From positions 1 through 25,173 of IMG/VR virus record IMGVR_UViG_3300025114_000042: DNA of 25,173 nt; one strand, 5' to 3'. Made by a program: the position numbers and the translations under genes. Origin of the DNA: a virus (lineage: Duplodnaviria > Caudoviricetes). Below are positions 1 to 7,585 of the stretch, piece by piece; position 1 is the stretch's first letter, and every line of letters starts with the position of its first letter. The notes beneath the pieces were generated by a model. The model worked only from the letters and a program-made list of their open reading frames with translations. It had not been told where the DNA came from and searched no databases.

Positions 1-70
1 GTATTAGCTGTTTGACCTCTGCCTTGGTAGCAACCGGCCCCACTTGAAATGTATCTGTTCGTTCTCTCAT
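1..70 (-). CDS. Truncated hypothetical protein (MRERTDTFQVGPVATKAEVKQLI...), runs off the window edge
   Basis: ATG at 70, 3 nt after the stop of the 894-aa gene; frame is open to position 1. Confidence 0.6.
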   Translation of the reverse strand, partial: MRERTDTFQVGPVATKAEVKQLI

Positions 71-73
71 AAT

Positions 74-2758
74 TTATAACCCGTATTTTGTTAGTAGGTG
101 ATTGCGGATAGTACCTGCTTCTGAATCCGTGAGTGCTGAGTCAAATACAATGATTTCCCACATAGCCCCCACATACTCATTATAGCTTGGAGTAGTTGGC
201 CCATCATACGAGGTAAAGAAGGTCGCAAAATCCCAATCATCTGATCCAACATTACCTGTGACACTAGCCAATCCAGAAACAATAAGTTTAGTTGTTGCAT
301 CCCCATTAAAGTGTTCAGAAACAACGTGCATATCAGTGTCATAAGCTGGGGTAATCTGGATCTCTGACCCACTACCCTGTCCAACACCAAACTCTCGGTT
401 CGGATTTGAGTTAATGCCTTTCCACCTAGCATCACTATCAGACCGAGCATCGTGTAAGAAATAAGCGTCGGAGACTGACCCTTCTGTGTACTTAAAGACC
501 ATGAACACAGTTCCGGGCGAACTTATAGTCTGCCCTGCTGTTGTCTCCAAACCTACGTCGTCATTCACATACACAGCCGCATAGTCAGTCGTATTGACAA
601 AAGCATCACCCTGTATAGTCCATGTCTCACCACCAGCACCGCTGCTTACCCATGTTGAGGTGTTGGCAGTAGCATCTGCTGGGTTGAAATCCAGTACTGG
701 CGTAGCCGTTGGGTCTGTACTGTTGAGCAAAACTACCCTGCCAAAATTCCCTGTAGCCTTGTTATCTGTACCGCTAGTATCTGAACCAATCTCAAACTCA
801 TGTGAGCTATCAACCAACGTGCCTACAACATGGGATATGTCGGCACTACCGAGTTGCGCCCATGATACGCTTGCTACCGCTGTTGTAGCAGCATCATCAC
901 TGGTATAGAAGTTGGTTGTGTTGGCTGAATTATCAAAAGTAACCCTTATCCAGTGACCTGTACCATTACTAAACCCTGTAGCAGATGTAGAATTGGAATA
1001 AACATAATCGGAACCAGTGGTTGATGTGGTTAGGGTTAGTTGGCCACCACTAATATAAAATCTATAACAACGATCAGAACTCCCTCCATACTTACCCGCA
1101 ACAACATAAGTTCCAGTATCCCAGACATCAAAAGAAGCATAAGCAATAATTGTGAACGCACTGGATACGCTGTTGTCGGCAGAGTCGGGAGTAGAAAAGT
1201 AGTTGCCCGAAGTGCTGTCCCTCCTAGCTGTATTGCTAGGCAACACAAACAAATTAGCCGCAGTCCCATTCACGGTATCCAGATCATAATCCGTACCGCC
1301 TGTGCCGCTGTTCGTCCACTCAGTTATGGGGAACGTGCCTACAATGTCAGCAGGAGTGTAGTGGGCCAGCGCAGTAGCAAGCAGGGTTTCAGCGTTAGCC
1401 AGCTCGTACTTGGTTTCAAGGTAGTCCTGTACCAGTGCTACATCGTCGTCACTCAGGGCTGAGTCGAACACGATGAACTCGTACATTGCGCCCGTTGTCG
1501 GCACAGTGTGAGCAGTATTGGAAAACAACGTACCCCAGTTTAAGTGGTATGCCCCTGCGTCCCCTGTCACACTACCCATACTGCTGTCTGTTAGTTTTGT
1601 AGTAGCATCCCCGTTATGTTGGATCGTAGTGATAGAAAGTGCGTTTTGGTATGGTTCAGCTAGATATATGTTTGATCCCGCGTACAGAGTAATCTTGTCT
1701 GGTGTTCCAGGCTCAGTGTTTACCCCTATACTAGCCGAGCCTGTTGACTTAGCGTTGAAATACACCTCAGTAGCACTGGGATCTGCAATTTTTTGTTTCA
1801 GTACCATGAATATAGTCATGGGATCAGCTATCGCTTGCTCCGTCGTTGTCTCTATACCAACCGATCCTTTAGCATACACAGCATCGTAGTCTGTCGTATT
1901 GACCACTGCATCGCCTTCAATTGTCCAGACCTCTGCGTTTGCGCCGCTGCTTGTCCATGTGTCGGCGTTGGGGGAAGCATCTGCTGGGTTACAATCCCAT
2001 GCGGGGGCTGCGGTTGGGTCAGTGCTTTTTATACCAACTACTCTGCCAAATTTCCCGCCCCATGTTGAGCCTCCATCCAATATGTCGCCTACCTGAATAT
2101 CGCCACTACTATCGTAAAGGCTTGTCTGTGTTATTGTTACTGACGTTCCTAGCTGAGTCCATGATACTGCGGTTGGTTCCGTATCTGCGGCATCGCCTGA
2201 CGTATAAAAATCTGCCGTATTTGCCGATATATCGTAAGTAACTCTAATCCAGTGCGCGGAACCATTAGCAAAACTGTAGCTTGCATTCGACGCGCCATCT
2301 GCAACGGTAGCGACCGTCCCATCACTAGTTGTAACTAGGTACAGCTTGTCTGCGCCTGACTCAGTAGCAAAAGCCCAACAAAATTCCCCTACGGAAGTGA
2401 ACTGCCCCGCAATGTATTGCCTACCTGTTGAACCCCAATCAGCCAGCGCACCATAACCGATAACTGTAAAGTCCCCTGTAAAACTGTTAGCGGCTGAGTC
2501 AGGCGTGGATAGGTAATCTGCGTATGTCACCTTCACCATGTGGCTCTCAAGCGTAATCAAATTAGCCGCTGTACCCACAACCGTATCAAGGTCGTAGGAT
2601 GCTCCACCCGTACCTGAGTTCGTCCACTCTGTGACGGGAAACGTGCCTACAATGTCGTCTGCCGTATATCGGGCAAGGGCTGTGGCTAGTAGTGTATCTA
2701 TAGGAGTGGTAGGTGTGCCGCCACCACCGAACCCAAGCATCTGATAACCAAAACTCAT
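74..2758 (-). CDS. Tail-associated receptor-binding protein with a tandem-duplicated LamG/concanavalin A-like module (894 aa)
   Basis: N-terminal MSFGYQMLGFGGGG anchor; Thr/Ser/Asp/Gly-rich beta composition. LamG-type C-terminal motif E-x-IVFDSALS/T...YL/HL-x-TKY occurs twice. TAATG-coupled to the tail fibre gene. Confidence 0.75.
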   Translation of the reverse strand: MSFGYQMLGFGGGGTPTTPIDTLLATALARYTADDIVGTFPVTEWTNSGTGGASYDLDTVVGTAANLITLESHMVKVTYADYLSTPDSAANSFTGDFTVIGYGALADWGSTGRQYIAGQFTSVGEFCWAFATESGADKLYLVTTSDGTVATVADGASNASYSFANGSAHWIRVTYDISANTADFYTSGDAADTEPTAVSWTQLGTSVTITQTSLYDSSGDIQVGDILDGGSTWGGKFGRVVGIKSTDPTAAPAWDCNPADASPNADTWTSSGANAEVWTIEGDAVVNTTDYDAVYAKGSVGIETTTEQAIADPMTIFMVLKQKIADPSATEVYFNAKSTGSASIGVNTEPGTPDKITLYAGSNIYLAEPYQNALSITTIQHNGDATTKLTDSSMGSVTGDAGAYHLNWGTLFSNTAHTVPTTGAMYEFIVFDSALSDDDVALVQDYLETKYELANAETLLATALAHYTPADIVGTFPITEWTNSGTGGTDYDLDTVNGTAANLFVLPSNTARRDSTSGNYFSTPDSADNSVSSAFTIIAYASFDVWDTGTYVVAGKYGGSSDRCYRFYISGGQLTLTTSTTGSDYVYSNSTSATGFSNGTGHWIRVTFDNSANTTNFYTSDDAATTAVASVSWAQLGSADISHVVGTLVDSSHEFEIGSDTSGTDNKATGNFGRVVLLNSTDPTATPVLDFNPADATANTSTWVSSGAGGETWTIQGDAFVNTTDYAAVYVNDDVGLETTAGQTISSPGTVFMVFKYTEGSVSDAYFLHDARSDSDARWKGINSNPNREFGVGQGSGSEIQITPAYDTDMHVVSEHFNGDATTKLIVSGLASVTGNVGSDDWDFATFFTSYDGPTTPSYNEYVGAMWEIIVFDSALTDSEAGTIRNHLLTKYGL

Positions 2759-4197
2759 TAGGCATCGTTCCCTGCGTCAGTGGTGAAAAACAGTTTTATC
2801 CCTATAAGCCTCGCGTCCTCCGCCATAGTATCGCTGCCGTTTGATACAGCCCTGAATATCCTGAAATAGCACATATCCTCAGCCGCTGGCGTACCGGCTA
2901 TGGTGATAGCGCCAGACTCGCCCGTTACAAGCATGTCATTTGCTGCCGAGATATTGTTGTCAATGACCACAACAGCAGTACCGTAGGTCGCGCCTATCGT
3001 GCCGTCGTTACTAACCGCTACACCTTGTAGACTCCATGCCACACCATCGGTATCAGTAGCCGTAGAAGTCCAGAAGGCTTGGAAGGCTACTGTGCCCTCA
3101 TTCCAGCTCTTTGGAAACGCCACTTGGAACTGTGCGTATTCGGCAGAAGTCCCGTCAAAGTCCAGCACGTTCATATCTGGTTGCCCAGCCCCTGTCGCAG
3201 CCTGTGCTATCGCCGCACAGCCGTTAGACACCGTGGGCAGCATAGCCGCTACTGGAACGAATATAGTTGATTTGCCTATGTTGCCGGATGCCAGCCCTGT
3301 ACAAGTGCCTGAGCTGCCGCTGGCGTTGCCTGTGACGTTGCCAGTTAGCGGCCCTGCAAAATTTGTAGCGGCTGTAATCACCCCGCCATCAATGGCGCTC
3401 GACCCGACATCGACAGCGCCAAAACCTGACGTAATCGAACCTGAGTCCAGCGCTCCTACAGTGACCAAATTGGCTGCACTCGTGATGGATGCTTGTGTTC
3501 CGCCTGTGACCGTTGCTGCGGTGCCACTGGCGTTACCTGTAACATTACCTGTTACGTTACCTGTAACATTGCCTGTAACATTACCTGTTACGTTGCCGGT
3601 CAAATTACCCGTGATCGTTCCACTTACTGTCAATGCCCCGTCAAACTGTACGTCACCACTATCGACCCATAATGCCCAGTTAGTAGCGCCTTCACTTGGC
3701 GCACCAGCTATGTACATGGTAGCCGCAGTTGTAACCGTTCCAGTGGCCGTGATATTCGGCTCAGTCAGATAAACAGCGGATACCAGGGCTGTAGTACCGG
3801 TGGGGATAGTGATTGCATTGCTGTTGAGCATTGCCAATCTATGCGTGTTTTCAGTAGCGTCAGCCGTGAATGCAGCAGGATCAATCGAGATAAACCCAGT
3901 GTTAGCAACCGACTGCCAGCCAATCTTGACTGCATCAACCGCCTTAACTTCAATGTCTATAACGTCGTCAGTATCCGCCGTGATCGAGGAATCCCCGTCA
4001 ACGTCGAGTATGATCTTGTTACCATTGCTGTCCTGTGTGCCTGTCCATACTGTCTGACCGTCCTTATCTATAGAGTTCGTGATTTCAGTCTCTATGTCAG
4101 TCATGGTGTTGTTATGCACCGTTGAGCTAATGGTTGTACCTGTTACGACAGGATTACCGGCTGGAAGCGTGTACGTACCTGCGCCGTCCCTAGAGAT
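2758..4197 (-). CDS. Tail fibre protein (479 aa if started at ATC 4197; the ORF track's GTG at 4119 is probably internal)
   Basis: The open frame upstream of 4119 encodes (I)SRDGAGTYTLPAGNPVVTGTTISSTVHNNTMTDI, the typical M-S/P-RNGSGTYTLP...GTTISS podovirus fibre N-terminus. It has GNVT repeats and a C-terminal beta domain (LDFD...AQF...PKSWNEGT). SD GGGAGGG lies 7 nt before the ATC. Confidence 0.85.
   Translation of the reverse strand: MSRDGAGTYTLPAGNPVVTGTTISSTVHNNTMTDIETEITNSIDKDGQTVWTGTQDSNGNKIILDVDGDSSITADTDDVIDIEVKAVDAVKIGWQSVANTGFISIDPAAFTADATENTHRLAMLNSNAITIPTGTTALVSAVYLTEPNITATGTVTTAATMYIAGAPSEGATNWALWVDSGDVQFDGALTVSGTITGNLTGNVTGNVTGNVTGNVTGNVTGNASGTAATVTGGTQASITSAANLVTVGALDSGSITSGFGAVDVGSSAIDGGVITAATNFAGPLTGNVTGNASGSSGTCTGLASGNIGKSTIFVPVAAMLPTVSNGCAAIAQAATGAGQPDMNVLDFDGTSAEYAQFQVAFPKSWNEGTVAFQAFWTSTATDTDGVAWSLQGVAVSNDGTIGATYGTAVVVIDNNISAANDMLVTGESGAITIAGTPAAEDMCYFRIFRAVSNGSDTMAEDARLIGIKLFFTTDAGNDA
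3532..3612 (-). repeat. Degenerate 12-bp coding tandem repeat (TGNV/TGNL x ~6-7) in the tail fibre shaft
   Basis: TITGNLTGNVTGNVTGNVTGNVTGNVTGNASG; unit resembles ttacctgtaaca on the + strand. Confidence 0.9.
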
Positions 4198-4201
4198 TGA
4201 A

Positions 4202-4285
4202 CTACCCTCCCGATTCCGTTACAATACATGTCTCTCTAGCATGTAACGGTATCATAATATGCTTAAGAGGATTTCTTGTAATCAT
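4202..4285 (-). CDS. Putative 27-aa leader/coupling peptide MITRNPLKHIMIPLHARETCIVTESGG
   Basis: Its ATG overlaps the TAA of the 605-aa gene (TAATG). Its TAG ends 4 nt before the ATC of the fibre gene. Confidence 0.4.
   Translation of the reverse strand: MITRNPLKHIMIPLHARETCIVTESGG
4205..4211 (-). promoter_or_regulatory. Shine-Dalgarno GGGAGGG in front of the ATC at 4197
   Basis: Minus strand reads CGGGAGGG-TAGTTCA-ATC TCT AGG GAC. Confidence 0.75.
4216..4249. other. Imperfect inverted repeat / RNA hairpin just upstream of the fibre SD
   Basis: ccgtta(caata)catg at 4216-4230 pairs with catgtaacgg at 4240-4249 (10 bp with a 5-nt bulge, 9-nt loop). Confidence 0.55.
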
Positions 4286-6102
4286 TAGAAGTCCCCTGCT
4301 TTAGTTGTTTGTGGGGCCGAGAGAATACCGGCTGTCTGCGCTAATTCCAGCGTCTTTTGCAATGCCTGTCTTTCTGCGAGAGGCACTTGTTCCAGTAATC
4401 TAGCGGCCTCTTGTGGATCACGCATAATACCATGTAGAGCCTTAAATGATCTTTCGTCCATTTTACCAACCAATCGGTTGAATGCCGTCTTAAATATCAT
4501 GTATGTCTGATTAAGCGGCCCTGTAGACGGCAACATAAAGATTTCGTCACCGATTATCTCTTTAGCCTTTTTCATGCCTTCTGCCGACATTTTCTCATAT
4601 TGCGCCCTTCGCGCAAGACTTTCGGTAATTACCTCAACCTTTTCGACCTTATCCGCCGGTAATACGTCGGGCAGTTTTTCAAATCGCTTGAATCCAGTTG
4701 CCTTTTTGATCGTGCTTGGGGCGTCCCTTACAGCTTGAGCGAACTGCGCGGAGCGTTGTACACCCTCGCTTCCTTCCTCGCCCAGCGGGGAAATTAACTT
4801 GTCACGCAACACCTTGCCGACTTCCATTTGGTTTATCGGTTTAGACGCTTCCGCAAACTCTGACCTTGCTTTGCCATATTGGGGATTTCTTGTCCCCATC
4901 CAATCTATCAGATCACCACGCAATGCCTGTACTTCAGCCTTTTTCGTGCTGCTCAAGGCGTTATCGCCAATCTTTCCTAACTTGTCGTCCAACCCTATTT
5001 TCACGAAATGGAGGAATTGAGTTAGGTCGTTTTCTGGCGTTAATCCCCGCGCTTTCATTGACTCTGCCGCATCCCCAACTTCTTTTCTGTAATGAGGGTT
5101 AGATACAATCGCTTTCAATTCACTATCAGGAGGCATACGGCCTAGTGCGTCGTCAGCGTATGCTGCCTTGTAATTTATGTCTGCTTGAGCGCCACGGGCG
5201 GATATAGCTTGCTCTAAGTCGTCGCCTTTGCCTGATATGGCCTCAACTAGCGCCTTTCTTGAATCATCGTCGGCTAATCTTGCTCGTCGATACGCTGTTG
5301 GATCACCTGATTCCGATATTTTTTGCAAAGCTGAGAACTCGGTACGTCCAGCAGGAGCCGCTATCTCACCAGCCGCCGCTTGGCCTTCAGGTAATTGTTT
5401 GTTCTCACGCAGGAGCTTGGCTATCGCCTGACGATCCTCACCAGCCGTATCCCGCATAATCCTTCCAGCAGCACGTTTACCGCCACCAGCAAGAAGGGGG
5501 TCAATTAAATTCCTGCCGCCTTTCAATACCGCTCCTGCTGCTCCAAGGGTCGCGGGAATACCTGCCCCAACCCCAGTGCCAAGGGCAATTTGAGAAGCCT
5601 GTTCCTCATCACTAACAGCGGGGGTTAATGCGCCATATCCACCGCCGACGCCAGCACCGGTCAGCACTTTCTGCATGAAGTTTTTGCCCATGTTAATGCC
5701 TTTTCCGGCAGTACCGCCAGTGGCAATTTCAGACGCTAACCTTAATGGCATACTTGTCGTATTATCCCTGCGGTGCTGTTCGTCCTCTTGAAGCCGTTGC
5801 TTTGCGCCATATCCAGCTTCCTCAAGTGATTCAAGGCCGGTGAAATGGCCTATATCACCAGCAGCGCCGGCAGCAATCCCCATTCCACCTCTGGCTAAAG
5901 CTGTGCCACCAGAAACAATGTCTTGGCCGTATCCTTTTAACTGATCAGCAAGTGTTTGCGGGTCTTGGGGCGGTTGACGTTCAGCGGCCATAGTAATCAA
6001 ACCACGGCTTACAGCCTCGTCAAATTTGGCCCTTGTGTCTGGGTCAAACCGATCCTGTAAGCCACGATCAGCTATTTCCTGCCATTTTTCTCTGGTTTCC
6101 AT
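4285..6102 (-). CDS. Putative DNA ejection / internal virion protein (605 aa; P22 gp16-like position)
   Basis: Third of three large helical proteins after the nozzle. Gly/Ala-rich hydrophobic segments (TGAGVGGGYGAL, ALGTGVGAGIPATLGAAG) are followed by a charged helical region. Confidence 0.7.
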   Translation of the reverse strand: METREKWQEIADRGLQDRFDPDTRAKFDEAVSRGLITMAAERQPPQDPQTLADQLKGYGQDIVSGGTALARGGMGIAAGAAGDIGHFTGLESLEEAGYGAKQRLQEDEQHRRDNTTSMPLRLASEIATGGTAGKGINMGKNFMQKVLTGAGVGGGYGALTPAVSDEEQASQIALGTGVGAGIPATLGAAGAVLKGGRNLIDPLLAGGGKRAAGRIMRDTAGEDRQAIAKLLRENKQLPEGQAAAGEIAAPAGRTEFSALQKISESGDPTAYRRARLADDDSRKALVEAISGKGDDLEQAISARGAQADINYKAAYADDALGRMPPDSELKAIVSNPHYRKEVGDAAESMKARGLTPENDLTQFLHFVKIGLDDKLGKIGDNALSSTKKAEVQALRGDLIDWMGTRNPQYGKARSEFAEASKPINQMEVGKVLRDKLISPLGEEGSEGVQRSAQFAQAVRDAPSTIKKATGFKRFEKLPDVLPADKVEKVEVITESLARRAQYEKMSAEGMKKAKEIIGDEIFMLPSTGPLNQTYMIFKTAFNRLVGKMDERSFKALHGIMRDPQEAARLLEQVPLAERQALQKTLELAQTAGILSAPQTTKAGDF

Positions 6103-7433
6103 TAGTTAAACAAATCGTCATCTGACATGGATTTAACGTCTTTGGGTGGCGCAAATATCTCATCGAGAGGGATTCTATCGCCATAATCTAGCCTGAATGC
6201 GTCCTTAATCCTTTGCTGCGCCTCTTTCTGCATTTCGACCAACTTCTCAAATTCGCTTCTAGCTTGCTCATCACTCTGCGCTTTCTTGACGGCAACCATT
6301 TGGTTTTCCATGCGGTCACCTTCTTTATTAGAGACATTACCAACTGCCCCGCCGCTTTTATTCAACGCCCTCATAGACTGCAAAGACTCAACAAAAATCT
6401 GGTCAACAATCGTGCTTCTAATGGCTTGAGCGTCCGTTGAATCAGTGCCAGGTAGGTGTGATCTAGGGTCTAAATATGCCGATGCACCGAAAGAAGTGTC
6501 AAAGCCAGGGTGATCAAGGAGTTGCGTGGTCTTGTCTATTAGGCGTTGAGAATTCGCGTATAACCCTTGCGCTCTAGCTGCTGCGCCGCCAACCTCAGAG
6601 TCCTTTATGGCGGACAATTCTGCCGTTGTTTCCGCAGCTTTGACAGCCCCTTTATGCTCTGGCATATCCTTTTTGGGTATCTCAATCGGAAACTCAGTTG
6701 GAGGCGGAGTATATTGTGTTGGAGCCGGTTGACCGCCAGATTGCAATGCTGCCGCCATTTGATTCTGCGGAGGATTTTGCTGTTGCCCAGCGAGTCCTGC
6801 GCCACCCTGCTGCATTAACGGCGTATTCATTCTATCCTGCGGCATTGGTGGTGAAGTAGGTTGCCCACCGCCGGAACCCAATGTATTCATAAGCTGGCGC
6901 GAATTACCCATGTCACCATACTGGTTACGCGCTATCGCTTGCTTCATTAGCTCTTTTGCTGGGCCTTCAGGCATACTTTGATAATGTTCAATGTCACGGA
7001 TATTAGACGAGCTACCGTAAGCGCCATCCTTACCGTATCTTTGTTCAGCCAATTCCATGTCGTTAGCGTGACCTTGCCTCCTATCAGCGCGTTTCAATGC
7101 CTGTGATAATGCAGCCTGTTTACCAACTTCGGACTCCATAGGCGCGTCTTGCTTTAGCGGCCCTAATCCAGAAGTAGCCATTTCATTTCCAGCAATCGCA
7201 AGCAACTTGTCCCAATCCCTGCCTTCAGTCTCCTTATTGACCTTCAGTTGCTCCTTAGCCTCACGCAGTTGCTTACCGCCCTGCCACTGGCGCAGCATGT
7301 GAGCCAAGCCCCTGCCCCAATCGGTCGGCTGTCCACCGCGCAATCCCTCCCGCATGGGTGTGTTCATTAGTTCTTCAGCCATTCTCTGCTGAAGGGCTAC
7401 TTGGTCTGAAGGAACGTAGTTGTAATTAGCCAT
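6102..7433 (-). CDS. Putative DNA ejection / internal virion protein (443 aa; P22 gp20-like position)
   Basis: Position in the operon; Gln/Pro-rich linker; C-terminal GGAVGNVSNKEG motif of the kind seen in podovirus ejection proteins. TAATG overlap with the next gene. Confidence 0.7.
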   Translation of the reverse strand: MANYNYVPSDQVALQQRMAEELMNTPMREGLRGGQPTDWGRGLAHMLRQWQGGKQLREAKEQLKVNKETEGRDWDKLLAIAGNEMATSGLGPLKQDAPMESEVGKQAALSQALKRADRRQGHANDMELAEQRYGKDGAYGSSSNIRDIEHYQSMPEGPAKELMKQAIARNQYGDMGNSRQLMNTLGSGGGQPTSPPMPQDRMNTPLMQQGGAGLAGQQQNPPQNQMAAALQSGGQPAPTQYTPPPTEFPIEIPKKDMPEHKGAVKAAETTAELSAIKDSEVGGAAARAQGLYANSQRLIDKTTQLLDHPGFDTSFGASAYLDPRSHLPGTDSTDAQAIRSTIVDQIFVESLQSMRALNKSGGAVGNVSNKEGDRMENQMVAVKKAQSDEQARSEFEKLVEMQKEAQQRIKDAFRLDYGDRIPLDEIFAPPKDVKSMSDDDLFN

Positions 7434-7441
7434 TATCTGTC

Positions 7442-7579
7442 CTAACTAAATAGTTTCCACGGTGTTAGTGAGTTTTTAAGGCTCTTTTTGTGGAAGTTAA
7501 ATAACCCTTCTGGTTCGCTTTCCTCTATCTGAGGGGCTGGGAGACTAATCGGGCGTGTCGGTGGGGCTGGTATTGGCAT
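7442..7579 (-). CDS. Small hypothetical protein (45 aa, MPIPAPPTRPISLPAPQIEESEPEGLFNFHKKSLKNSLTPWKLFS)
   Basis: Fills the gap between two ejection genes: ATG 6 nt after the upstream stop, and its TAG forms part of the TAGGA SD of the next gene. Below the ORF-track size cut-off. Confidence 0.55.
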   Translation of the reverse strand: MPIPAPPTRPISLPAPQIEESEPEGLFNFHKKSLKNSLTPWKLFS

Positions 7580-7585
7580 TATGGT

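Noticed and set aside
74-2698. Duplicated segments in the RBP as a DGR template/variable repeat pair
   Set aside because: Both copies are in-frame coding, differences are mostly synonymous and involve all four bases rather than only adenines, and there is no reverse transcriptase in the window.
2999-4125. Plus-strand ORFs (257, 85, 94 aa) and similar antisense ORFs across 594-22839
   Set aside because: They are shadows of the minus-strand genes, mirror their repeats, lack SDs and have no recognisable motifs.
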